Part shown: positions 12,501 through 24,400 of the stretch, piece by piece
How the letters are laid out: each line of letters starts with the position of its first letter
Numbering within the stretch: the stretch's first letter is position 1
Assembly: GCA_009914755.4 (NCBI GenBank)
Contig: CP068257.2
Location: 14,112,001 to 14,176,000, forward strand
Length of the DNA stretch: 64,000 nt
Reading direction: 5' to 3'
Origin: the human T2T-CHM13v2.0 reference genome, Homo sapiens
The notes under the pieces: model-generated
The model's input: only the letters and a program-made list of their open reading frames with translations
Databases searched by the model: none
Told to the model about the DNA's origin: nothing
Program-made: the position numbers and the translations under genes

Positions 12501-14630
12501 CATGGAAGTTATATTTGGGGCATATGGAGAAATTTTTGTTTATGCATACCTGGTGTGTCAGAGGCTAAACTATATTATGTCACTGGATTTGAAAAACAAT
12601 TTGTGAGCCTTCCTTTAATATTGAAGAAGTAAATATATTTTCAATAGTTAGTAGGACAATTATATGCCTTTTTGGTGTACTTTTTACCTTTCACTTTTGA
12701 GAGAAAAAGGAGACATATCAAAGAAATCTTGTGCTCTGCATAAAAAAGAATTTAGAAGTCGTACACCTCATGTCTTTACTTGATTACATTCCATACTGTA
12801 ATTCTGTTGAATTCTGGAAAAAAGCCCAAATCATTTGTACTATAATTAGCAAACGTACTAGGTAACATTTTTTATTATTTGGACCTCTGTTCAGATCAGA
12901 TCAAATATTATAGATTGTCAAATGAGTGCCTGTTGTCCCTGGCTTAAATTGAGAATAAAATTGTTTTGGAGTTTTGCTGTCAAAAACACAAATGAAAATG
13001 AGACCAGGACACGATACCCGGTATTGAGCATTATAGGTGTGATTAATAGTCAGAGGAGAGATTCTGCCAAGTTTTTGTGTCACGGCAAACTCTGTCATAG
13101 ACATGACCATACAGCTCTTTTGCCCAATTTGAAGTCTAATAGTAATACTTTTTATTTTGTGACCATTAAATTCTTTCGAACATTTTTAAAACAGGAAAAA
13201 AACAGTATATGCTCTCCAGAACAAGATGTGCTACAATTGAGCGATCAAAAGATAAGAGGGATTTGGGTAGGTAATTTTAACACAGAAAGTAATGCCACAT
13301 ATTGACTCAAGTTTTAGAGAAATTGGTATAAGACTTGAAATGAGTGACAGGTGGTAAGACTCTTCAAAAATTTATAAGCCGTTTTTTTTTTCTTTTTTTC
13401 TAAAACACCTTGAATTTGAAAAGATGGCATAGAAAGGGAGAAAAACCTTGAGGTTCTATCCTAGAATTCTAGTTATGGCTATCTTGCTTGGCCACAGTAA
13501 TAGTGATTTAAACTGTGATAAATAGATCCAATTCTAGTGCTTTTATTCTTAGGATAATTCTCTTATGCTAAACAGTTTAGGATATTGTTAATTGAACACT
13601 GATACTTTTCCCATTGCCCAAGTAACTTCAGTTTTTCCCTAGAAATTTCTAATATGTAAAACGATTTTTGATGACTCACAGAAAGTCAAGATGAAGCCTA
13701 AAAACTGAGATGCTAAATGGTGTGAAAATTAGTTCCAACTGATGGGTGCAATTAGGAGCTTCAGATTGATTAGATGCATTTTATTAGATATGAACTGTAG
13801 AATGACTTGTATAACTTGATGAATTTTCTTTAGTTTTGGGTTAGAATGATAGCCATGGTCTTTGTACTTTTGTTGACTAACATGGGAGATTAATTTTACT
13901 TTTTTTCACAATAAAAATTGAAAAACATAGTAGAATTAATGACAAAACTCTGGAATGACTCCCTTACTACTTACTCATTTTCCTTGCTTACCACTGCTGC
14001 CACTGTGATTTTAGCAGCTATTATTAAAAACAGAACTAGACCATTTAAAGCTGAGCTGTTCAATATAGTTGCCACTAGTCACACATGGCAATTAAAATGA
14101 AATAATATTGAAATTCAGTTTCTCAGTTGCACTTTAAATGTTTAATTCTGGTGGCTACCAGATCAGTGCACATAATGCTACATTTCCATTATCACAGAAA
14201 GTTCTAATTTACAACACTCTTTTAAGAGAATCTGAGTTTAACAGTGAGAATATTGAAAGAATAGGAACATCTGAAGGAAGCTGAAAGCAAGGGAAAATGG
14301 GAGAGTGGAGTGGGAAACAATTTATATTGTTTATGTCTTCTGGCTTTTAAGATTCTTGCAACATGATACCTTACTATGCTGTCTGCCCTTTCACTTGAAA
14401 AAATTTTGAATATATAAAAGATATGTTCTCATCTTCTAATTAGTGCCATTATGAAGATGACTCACCAGTTTTTATCTCTATTCTGTATTTCTTTAACAAA
14501 TATTTATTGTCTAATATGTAGCAAGTACTTTTATAGACCATTAAGAAAGCATGCAGAGCCTCAGTTTACATAGAGGAAAGACAGTACACAGTAAACAAAC
14601 AGTATCAGATAGTAATAAGTCGTTCATGAA

Positions 14631-14840
14631 GAACAGTAGACCTGGATATAGACAAAGAAGTGATGGGGGTGTGCTTGTGGGCTGGGCATAGGATAATATG
14701 TGATTTTAGGTAGTGTGGAAGAGCTCATATTTGAGGAACAGTAGACCTGGACATAGACAAACAAGTGATGGGGGTGTGCTTGTGGGCTGGGCATAGGATA
14801 ATATGTGATTTTAGGTAGTGTGGAAGAGCTCGTATTTGTA
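14631..14840. repeat. Tandem duplication, 2 x 105 bp, about 95% identical
   Basis: The unit gaacagtagacctggatatagacaaagaagtgatgggggtgtgcttgtgggctgggcataggataatatgtgattttaggtagtgtggaagagctcatatttgag repeats at 14631 and 14736. The minus-strand ORF-track peptides repeat accordingly. Confidence 0.9.
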
Positions 14841-16227
14841 CAGATACCTGAGCGAAGTGTGAGCATGAACTTTTGGCTCTCTGAAGGTTGTGCGTCCCAG
14901 ACCAGGGCCTGATGGGGCAGTGTGCTGGCCCTCGAGATGAATAGTGAGGACACAGCCTTGTTGAAGCTGAATGAGCGAGGGTAGGAATGGCAGTATTCTC
15001 GTTTCTGATCTCTTGCTGCACATCCTGATGTTCATATTTGCCTTTCTTTCTTAAGGGTATTTCCATTCTTCTGGTGGTCCAGGGTATTTTTTTTTTCTTT
15101 TTTTTTCCTTTTAATAGCTCTTCTGTCAATCTCCCAAAACAACCATTTGGTTTGCAGATCTGTCAGTTTTTGTATGTAGACTTTTCCCTTCAGTTACTCC
15201 TGCCCTGCTACATATTCTTATTGCAACGCTTCTCAAACTCTTCACTACCCAGTTTTTTTCTGTCTTGCACTCCCTTGCTTAGAAATCTTTGCTGACAGTA
15301 AATATAAACTTGGCTTATTTTTTTTAAAAAAAGTATTTCCTCTTGGTTTAGCCTGTGTAGATAAGGAAAAACAATGGAAGAACTCTTTTTTTCTTCTGAA
15401 TTCAAAATATTTACATATATAATAGTTCAGCTAGATTATGGGCCAACTAGGCTTTTGTGAACTTACTTAGAAACCTGAGGTTCAAGTAAGATTCACTTAC
15501 ATAATTCACGTTCCTATTTAATATAATATTTTCATGGGAAAGTGAATTATGAGTTATAAACAATGCATATATTTTGTTTGAAGTCTAGTTCATTGATAAG
15601 TTGATGACTAGCATATATTTTGGAGTTAGCAGAGAAATGTTTGGTAGTTGGTGTATAAGTTTTACTCATGGTATTCCTTTGTAAGTGAAAGATTTAGTAG
15701 GATGAGTATCACGTTTTGATATATATTTCTCACTTTACAGGAAAAATGTTTTAATTTGGACTCTCATAAAAATGTAGATTACTGCTTAGATGCATTTGTA
15801 ACATGATTTTATACAGTGGCACCCAGCTAACTGTTCCCATGTGTGTGCTGTTGAATTGTATTCACGCTAATACTAGAGGGAGAGTTGGTTAAAAATAATG
15901 TTTTTAGTGTTTTACCAAGGTCTTGCCTTGACACAGATATGAGAATATTAATAATGCTCTGGCATTGAGATGGAAGTTTTACAAAGGCTAATTTTCTGTA
16001 ACTGACTTTTACCAGTTAGAAGTTGTTTATAGCCAAAGTTATTCTGTTTCTTTTGTAAGCATGTGAGAATATCTGAGCGCTAGTTTTTATTATAAATTGA
16101 TAATTCGTTACATGTTTTACACAAATCATTATTCCACTAAGTCCAGAAAAAGAATAAATTGGGTTTAACCAGTCTGTTGAAATAACATTTTATTTTCTTT
16201 TACTGGTCTTAAAATCATGTGAATTTG

Positions 16228-16340
16228 GTATGTGAGGTATCTTTCAGGATTGCATTTGATATGTGAGGCATCTTTCAGGATTGTATGTGTGGACCGTATG
16301 TGAGGGATCTTTCAGGATTCAGCTATCTTTCAGGATTGTC
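16228..16340. repeat. Minisatellite, about 3.5 copies of a 31-35 bp unit (gtatgtgaggNatctttcaggattg)
   Basis: tgtgaggtatctttcaggattg / atgtgaggcatctttcaggattg / tgtgagggatctttcaggatt / atctttcaggattg occur in direct succession. Confidence 0.85.
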
Positions 16341-18848
16341 ATATTGTTCTAAAATACCCTGTGAAAAGAAGCAGTTTTATGGATTAATAGGAAGATCATG
16401 GAAGAAAATTGTTACAATTACAATGAAATTAAAATAATAAGTAAACCTCCTCCATTGCTTAAAGGAAAAAGTCCCAGCTTTTCAGTTAAGGATTGTTAGT
16501 CTCTGGTCTCAACCAACTTTTCCAGCATTAAGGACTACTATTCCTCTATACCAGGGATTGGAGGCTCAAATTCCCAGCTGGGGTACAGGTGTGCCTATAT
16601 GCTGAACCCTCCGCTATTGGAGATGCCTGGAGTGGCTGGAGCCATTTAATATGGTCGTTCTAGCCACAAGCAGCTTTATCCTTTTACACCCATGTGAGGT
16701 ACAAGATATGCGAGGATGCAAGGGCAAGGAAGGTAATGTGAATGTGTGTGGCTGGCCAAGTTGGGGGCGGGGGCAAAATGAAGAGTGAATATTCTATCTA
16801 AAGAGAGCTGCTACTACTACTTTTATTACACTCTGGCTTTGTCACAATGATTATTGCCATGCAGGAATCGTGTAACCAGGTCTTCTGGTTTTTTTTTTTC
16901 CTCCCAGAGCGTGAGGGAAGTAATACCTATTATTGTACACATACAATCTCCTAATCTTTATCTTTTGCCAGTTATTTCAAAAAATTTTGAATGACATTGT
17001 AAAAACCAAAGAAAACCATTTTCAATTATGATTTGTTTCATAAAAAACATGTCTAAGAACATGGAGTAGATGGTGATTCTTGTTATTTTTGCTCTCAGGA
17101 CCCCTTTACACTCATAAAAATTATTGAGAACCTCAGAGCTTTTGGGTACATAAAATTTACTATTTTAGAAATTAAAACGGAGAAAAGCTTAGGCTATTAG
17201 TTCATATTAAAATGTCAGTCTATTATGTTTGAATAACATATTTTATGAAAAACACATTTGCTGAAACAAAATGGTTAGAAGATTACGTTGCTTTACATTG
17301 TTGCAAGTCTTGAATGTCTGCCATATTAGAGGAGAACTAGAGTCTCCAATGTGCTTCTGAAGGTTTGCATTCTATTGCAATAAGTTGTTTTGGTTGAAGT
17401 TTGTGAAGAAAATCTGGCTTTACCCAGATAATAATTTAGAAAAGGGAGGAGTATTTTAACTGATAATCAGATAATAATGGATATTCTTTTTAATGCTATA
17501 CCCAAACTTAACAGATGGTAATTTCTTAAAGATTAGTTGCAATGTGGAATTCGAAATCACATCAGTTATTCTATGGTGGTATCAACAACCTTTTCATGTT
17601 ATGTTGCATTAAAATCCATTAGTGTTTCTTGCTTTTTGGATGGATCTTTTACCCATGCATGAGTTTGTAACACTGTGCATTGGTAATTTGAAAAGATTTC
17701 TTTTTAAATGCTTGAAGAATGTCTACTATAAGAAAAAGTTGAATTTGTTAATATCACCACTCATATACAAGCCTTTAAGTATTGAGAAGATATCAAGCTC
17801 ACAGTGGTAGAAACAAGTTTTTCAAAGTTTAGATTTTTGCTTGAAAATTCCATATTAATCATTGTCAACAGATACATTTGTTTTCCTTAAAGCAACAGGC
17901 TCACTTTTTTTTTTCCAGACAACATCTGCCAAATACTGAAGTCTGAATAATTCTAGTTTGTAGTTTGTTAGTTTTTCTTTTAAATAAAAATTGCATTCCA
18001 TGGGAAAAATCAGTTTAGCTTGTAACTCATTTTACACTAGTTGTTAGCAACAGCATACTCTGGATATATCGCAGAAGTACTTTATGTGTACTTCTTATGT
18101 TAGAATTAAACATAAATCAAGGTTTGAGGTTTAATAAAATTAGGTTTAATCTTTTCGCCAAGAACATAATTCTAAAAGAAACTGGCTTGGCTTCTGTTTA
18201 AAACAGTGAGTGTGTATATTTGTGACTAATACAATGAATTATGCAACTTGGTGCTGCTGCCTTGATTTGTGCTAAGATGCAGCAGTTTTATTCAATATCG
18301 TTTTGCATCATTGGTGCAAATGTGGCTACAGTACAAAAGGCAAATAATATCTGAGTAGTATTATTTTTTTATTTAAGGACTTTCCTCCCTTTTTTCAAAG
18401 GGGCCCTGGGGACCCCAAGGATCAATGGACCATATTTGAAGAACTGCTAGTAAGGCAGAAAGACCACTGGATTTAAGAGTTAGAAGACTTAAATTTTGAA
18501 GCCTGTGCACCATTCTCGCGTCTTATGATGTGCTTCATTTCTCAGAATTTCAGTGATTTCATTTATAAAATATATTTGGGGAAAAAACATCTTGTTTTTT
18601 GCTTTTTTGTTGCTTGAATTACAATTGATGAATTAGGAAAAGCTGTAAGTGTAAGTTGTTGCTATTTTTAAATTAGTTTCGGCTATAGCCCATTTGTTTT
18701 ACTTGTCAGTCATGATACAGTAAACATTCTAGAAATTTTCAAATAAGGAATTTAATACAGGGGATTAGGTTCTTTAAAAAATCACTGGAAGGACTGGAGG
18801 AAAGCTCTAGCTCAGACTTCTGAAATGACTCCCACATCATTGCAGGAC

Positions 18849-18880
18849 TGACCAGTCAGGGAAGCGACCAGTCAGGGAAG
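18849..18880. repeat. 16 bp tandem duplication (gaccagtcagggaagc x2)
   Basis: Direct reading: gactgaccagtcagggaagcgaccagtcagggaagcggc. Confidence 0.85.
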
Positions 18881-19154
18881 CGGCTACTTCTGTCACAATT
18901 AGGAAAGCGGCCTCTTGGACTACTGAGTTCAAGAACATACTTCTATAGCTGCAGCCCAGGAAACAGGAAGCCAGGATTAGGTACTGCCTCTGAGCTATGC
19001 CTGGAAATTGGAATGCAAAGTCTAGTTGCCGCTTATATTCCATCTCTTGACATTCTTAAAGCTGGAAATTGGAGCCTGGAATACTGTGGAACAACTTAAA
19101 TCTTTTCAATCAAGCTAGAGAAAACAGCCAAAGGCAACAGGATAATGGTTGCCA

Positions 19155-19178
19155 CCCCCCCCCCCCCCCCCCGCCCCC
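19155..19178. repeat. Poly-C homopolymer, C18 then G then C5
   Basis: gccaccccccccccccccccccgcccccgctgc. Confidence 0.9.
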
Positions 19179-20062
19179 GCTGCACTCTGCCTTCCATGTC
19201 TCGTGTTAGTGCATTCTAATGGATGAGGCCTAAGTTTCATCCAAAACCCTAACTGCCAGTGAATAAGGAAGATAGTTTTTCTGTTTTTTTTTATGTTTAG
19301 TTTCTATAATTGAAGAAAGTAAACTTAAGAGAACGAGTTAATGGAATCTGACCGCTAATTAATCACACACCTAAACCCTGTTTTTCTGCTTCTCTGTGAT
19401 TTTCAAATTTTTTCCACTTTTCATTATCCTTTCTCTACTTAGACCTAAGTTCTAGCCATTTTAATAACCAAGATAGCTTTCATTTTTATGAGGCATTCCA
19501 TACCTTTTTAATCCTCACTGCTTCATCAGTGTTTATGAATGTTCAGTTCTGGGTTACACTCATCTTCAGCTGTGGTCTGGGTGGACTTGGATTTTGTAAC
19601 CAGACTTGTAAAACCTTTGGCCTGCTGTTGCCTGTAAAGTGATTCACCATTTCAATTACTATGCTATATAAATCTTTCACATTTTACTTGCCTGTATTTT
19701 TGGGGGGCCCTACTTAATACACTTTTGTGAGGTTTTATTATACTCTCTAAAGACATTAAAAAAAACACCACCACTTCCTTCCATGATCAGGTATTCTTTC
19801 TCATATTTTAAATCTTCTTACAAGCTACTATTTGGAGAACGTGTGGATAAAAATAGAAGTAGACTCTGGAAAATATCAATATACATTACTTTTTTTCATT
19901 AAATATATAATATGCTTTTCTAGTATTTATGTAAAACCTTATAGCCATATGGTAAAATAAAGCCACCTTATCCTCCCCATCCTCTATCCTGTTTGTTTTT
20001 TTTTTCCTCTTCTAAAATTGTATGATTACAAAGAAAATATTTTTAACATGTCTAAAATACAC

Positions 20063-20275
20063 CAACCTGGGCAAGACGCAAAACCTTGTATCTACAAAAA
20101 ATTAAAAAGAAAATTAGCCAAGTGGTGCATGCCTGTAGTCCTAGCTACTCTGGAGGTTGGGGCGGGAGGATCACTGGAGCTCAGGAGTTTGAGATTGCAG
20201 TGAGCTGTGATCATGCCACTGCCCTCTAGCCTGGGTGACACAGTGAGACACTGTCTCTAAAAAATAAAATTTAAA
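20063..20275 (+). mobile_element. 5'-truncated Alu (right arm plus A-rich tail)
   Basis: caacctgggcaagacgcaaaaccttgtatctacaaaaaattaaaaagaaaattagccaagtggtgcatgcctgtagtcctagctactctggaggttggggcgggaggatcactggagctcaggagtttgagattgcagtgagctgtgatcatgccactgccctctagcctgggtgacacagtgagacactgtctctaaaaaataaaat. Confidence 0.85.
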
Positions 20276-21321
20276 ATAAGCAAATAACTAAAATGAAGGC
20301 AAAACGTGTCCAAAATACAAATAAGCATAATCCCAACCATGCAAAGATAATAACAGATAGTTTCTCTTTCTGATCATATTATTTTGTAACCTGTTACCAC
20401 TTCCCTACTTAGCAATATACCATGGTTTCTATCACTGTTGAAATGATAATGGGAGTATTTATCATTGGCATCATCTGGGTTAGGGAAATTGACCAATATA
20501 TATTGGGAAATTGGATTAAAAGTCATTTTTATTGAAGGCGGTATTAGTTGTAACCTTTTTTGGAAAAAGAATTAATACTTAATAGCATCAAGGCTATTTT
20601 TTATTAGAAGAGGGCTTGTTTCATTCACTTGTATATTTCATTTTTGTGAAATGAGAATCTTGTTTTAAATTAAAAGGACTGCATATTTATTAAGCAATTC
20701 AGATTGTATAGAAGTATTTAAATAGAAAGTGAAAGATTCTTATACTTCTTCCTCCTATAACTCCTTTCCTCAGAGTTAACCACTGTTAATAGTTTGGCAC
20801 ATTCTTTCAGAATTTAAAAAATGTATGTGTAAATGTACATCTCTGGTTAGTTTCTGAAACATCAGTTTTTAAGAGTTCACTGTTAATTATTGTAATTTGA
20901 TAATGTCTAGATGGTAGTAGTATGGACAGAATTTAATACGTATGTAATCGGGTTAACTTCAGAAAGCAGAAATGTCAATGTTTAATTGTATTGATTTCAA
21001 TTTTTGTTGATAAACCATTCTCAGCAGTCTTTCTGCTTATTAGCTTTTAATAAGAGACCTCATAGTAAATACAGAGATTCTTCTACAGTGAAATATATTT
21101 CTGCTTACTGCTTTAGGTATATTTTATCAAAAAAATCATTGAGTTACTGAGTATGACCAGTTAAAAATATGTTTGCATTTATTTTTAGATAGGCTTTTAG
21201 AAATACAAAATTAGTTGGTACTGACTGGTTTAAAGAGTATATTGGATATAAAATCTCCATAATAAAAATCCTTTCATTTTGTTTTACTTTTAATTTTGAG
21301 AAAGATAGTTTTGCTTTTCAG

Positions 21322-21445
21322 ATGTGATTGATCTCACTGGAGATGATAAAGATGATCTTCAGAGAGCAATTGCCTTGAGTTTGGCCGAATCAAACAGGGC
21401 ATTCAGGGAGACTGGAATAACTGATGAGGAACAAGCCATTAGCAG
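21322..21445 (+). CDS. USP25: USP25 coding exon 4 (completes Asn90, aa 91-130, first 2 nt of Arg131; [40 protein letters not shown]). Encodes the SIM (VIDL), Lys99 and UIM1, plus the start of UIM2. 124 nt
   Basis: Acceptor ttgcttttcAG|AT (AG at 21320-21321). Donor AGC AG|GTaaaa (GT at 21446-21447). Exact match to USP25 residues. The motif assignments come from established USP25 domain knowledge. Confidence 0.93.
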
Positions 21446-24400
21446 GTAAAAACATAATTTGTATAAAGCAGATATAAGTACTTTTAAAAATAGAAATCAT
21501 TAATTGGGTTAAATTAATTTTAAGAGGTAATAAGATATACTTTGTTACTCTAAACTAGTAATATGCTTGTGTATTTTTAAATTTTATGTAACCAAAATCT
21601 TCATATTTAGTTTTGATTGCAATTGGGTTTAGATTTTTAAGATTTTGGGATGGTGTTATGAGGGATTACATTTAGGTGCATATTTTAATATTTCTTTCAT
21701 TTTTTTTCTTCCCCTAATCTTTTTTGGATGCACTGTCCAATTTGCAACAATTTATAGCAAGGGTCAGCATCCTTTTTCTGTAAAGGGCTAATAGTAAATA
21801 TTTTTGGCTTTGTTGGCTATAGGGTTTCTGTTATAGCTATTCAGCTCTGGTGTCATAACGCAAAAGCAGCTATAGCTGATAAATAATATAATGAGCTTGG
21901 CTGTATCCTAATAAATCTTGATTTACAAAGGCAGCCAGTTGGTTTTGTCCTCTCGGCTGTGGTTTGCTGACTTCTGATCTATAGCATGATAATATGTTTA
22001 TATATATTGTTCAAATAAATGGGCAGGGCTCCAAGATGTGTGCTAGAATGCAGTTTTTCATTTAATAACCAAAACTTTGTAGTTTGAAACAGTTTGATTC
22101 ATCTAAGGACTAAAAAATACATTTGGTTTTCATAATACCTCTAAAAATGGAGATATAATAATTTAATAAGCCATAAAGTTGTAACTAACTGTAATCCTCT
22201 AAACAACTATTTGAAGGCAGTGGTAACTCTATGTTACTGAAGAAGAAATTTACTTGCAAGAGGTTAAATGTGCTTTTTCCAAAGGCACACAGCTCAGATG
22301 CATCTTAAGACTTAAATGTTCTTTTCCTTTAACATAGTCCTTTGGTAACAGAATGTACCAAATTTCTCAGGTAATTTTTCTTGGCACAATATCAATAGGA
22401 GATTTCTTTCCAAATAATCAGAGATTACTATATGGTAGGAAATGTTTCAAAATGCTATGTTTAGCAAAGGCATATAATTTTTTATCTTAGTGCGACTTTT
22501 TAATGTCTTTAAATGTTACTTTGGAAACTACTTTGTAAGACATTATATTATGTAAAGACTTAATTAAACTCTATTGTCCCCCTCATTAGTTGTGGCTAAT
22601 ATTTATTGCCAGGAACTTTAAATGAAAACCAAAAAATACGTAGTTAGGCTTATTTTCTGAAGCATTTGAGAAATTATATGAATTGGGCTTTTTCTTTTTA
22701 AAACGTGTATTGCAATGCATAATTGTCTTGAATAATTATGAAACAACAATACTTAAACTTTGAGAAATATTTTAAATACAAAACACATGAGTTGGATTTC
22801 ATATGTAAGGGGCATGGTTTTATGTGAAAAGGGTTATAAAAAGAATGTATACTTGATACAAATATTATTTTTAAAATTATATTTTTGTTTATATGAATTT
22901 ATATGAGTATATGAATATAAAATATATGTGAGCTTATATACCCAATTAGTATCAGTCGTTCTATTATGTGTTTTCTAATTAAAACAACAGGTACTAATTA
23001 TATAATAAAAGTAAGGTAATATAAAAAGGGATGAAGGCTGTTCCTAATTTGATATTCAGTTCAATGTATATGTTATATTATTGTTTTGGATAGTTGTTTT
23101 TATCCAAAATGGCAAAAGAAAATCTCTTCAGATAATGCTGTTTTTTCATTCTAGGTCTTTTACATTTTAATATAATTTAAAAATAGTAAATATTTGGTAG
23201 ATATTATTATTGTAGATGACATAGAGATTCGGCATAATGTAACATGCCATAAAGCTATGCTCCCTAGAAGTAAAAGAGTCATATTAATTATGTGTAAATT
23301 CAATAACCCGCAATGAGCAAATGGGTGTTCAATGCAAAATATGCATTTAATAAACTTATATGTAAATCATATTGTATTAGGAAAAGAGGATGTGGAGAGT
23401 TCTAGCTAAACATTATCAGAGATATATTTGCTCATATGGGTTTATTAAGGTATAGAACTCTAAATTCAAAAGAGAAAATGATGCATTTTAAAGGAAGACA
23501 TTTATATATTATGCTTAAAAGTAAATTAACTCCTTCTTCATTACTGAAGTTGATATAGGGAAAATCTTTGCAAATAAAATTCCAGAATCATTTGCTTATT
23601 ATATTTTAGTAGACATAATTTAATGTGAAGTTACACATTAGGATACTACATTGTGTGTAATTTGATGAGATAAAGCCTGTCTTTTTACGTCTTAGAATCC
23701 TGTGTTTAGGCATTTATACGTTTCATGCTAAAATTTTTTAAGTAGAACGTTTTTAAAGTATTTCTTTATACACTTTTTAGTGTCAGAATTGGGTGTATTT
23801 ATTATCTCTTGATTATCACTGCCAGGACACAAGTGGAGTATGGACAGTTGAAATTTGTTAATAAACTACATTGTGACTGGTTTGTGTCTATGGCATATTT
23901 CTTGTGAAAATGGCTTGCCTCATGAAATAACTTTGAAGTGCCTCATTAGAAGATAGTGCTAAGTTTTCTAGCTAAAATTGTTACAAAGAGCACGCACCTT
24001 CAACAATTTCAAGAAGTAGTAGACTACAGATTCTTTTTTTCCTCATTACTTCTGTGTTTCAACTAGTTATTTCTTGTTATCTTCAGCCTGGAGTTGCCAT
24101 TGGGGAAAGAAAGAAGGATCATGTCCAGGAATAGTCAGGGTGGAATTCTGAATTATTAAAATAGGTCTGTATAACTCCTACATTTTTTATCCTTATCATT
24201 ACTGAGGAAGCAGCTGTGAAGGGGAACTGTCTAAAGATGGTGTGTGAAACAGGAGTGGATGAGGGAGGCAGAGTTAGAAATCTTTTAAAATTGATCTTTG
24301 AGGAGGATTTCGGTGCTCAATAATTCCAGATACTTGTGGATGCTAAGGAGCATGGAAGGGCCATCGAATAACCATCAAACCATTTAAGGTGTGTTATGTC

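Noticed and set aside
14624-15129. Three overlapping minus-strand ORFs with internally repeated peptides
   Set aside because: They are an artefact of the 2 x 105 bp tandem duplication. There is no coding evidence.
14631-16340. A CRISPR-like array, considered because of the regularly spaced direct repeats
   Set aside because: The repeats are contiguous tandem copies with no unique spacers, and there is no leader or cas context. The surrounding sequence is human intronic DNA with Alu, L1 and MaLR elements.
19141-19200. A mitochondrial-DNA insertion (NUMT), suggested by the poly-C tracts at 19155 and 31321, which resemble the D-loop C-stretches
   Set aside because: The flanking sequence does not match the human mtDNA control-region or rRNA sequences that I can recall. 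The tracts are treated as homopolymer repeats of unknown origin.
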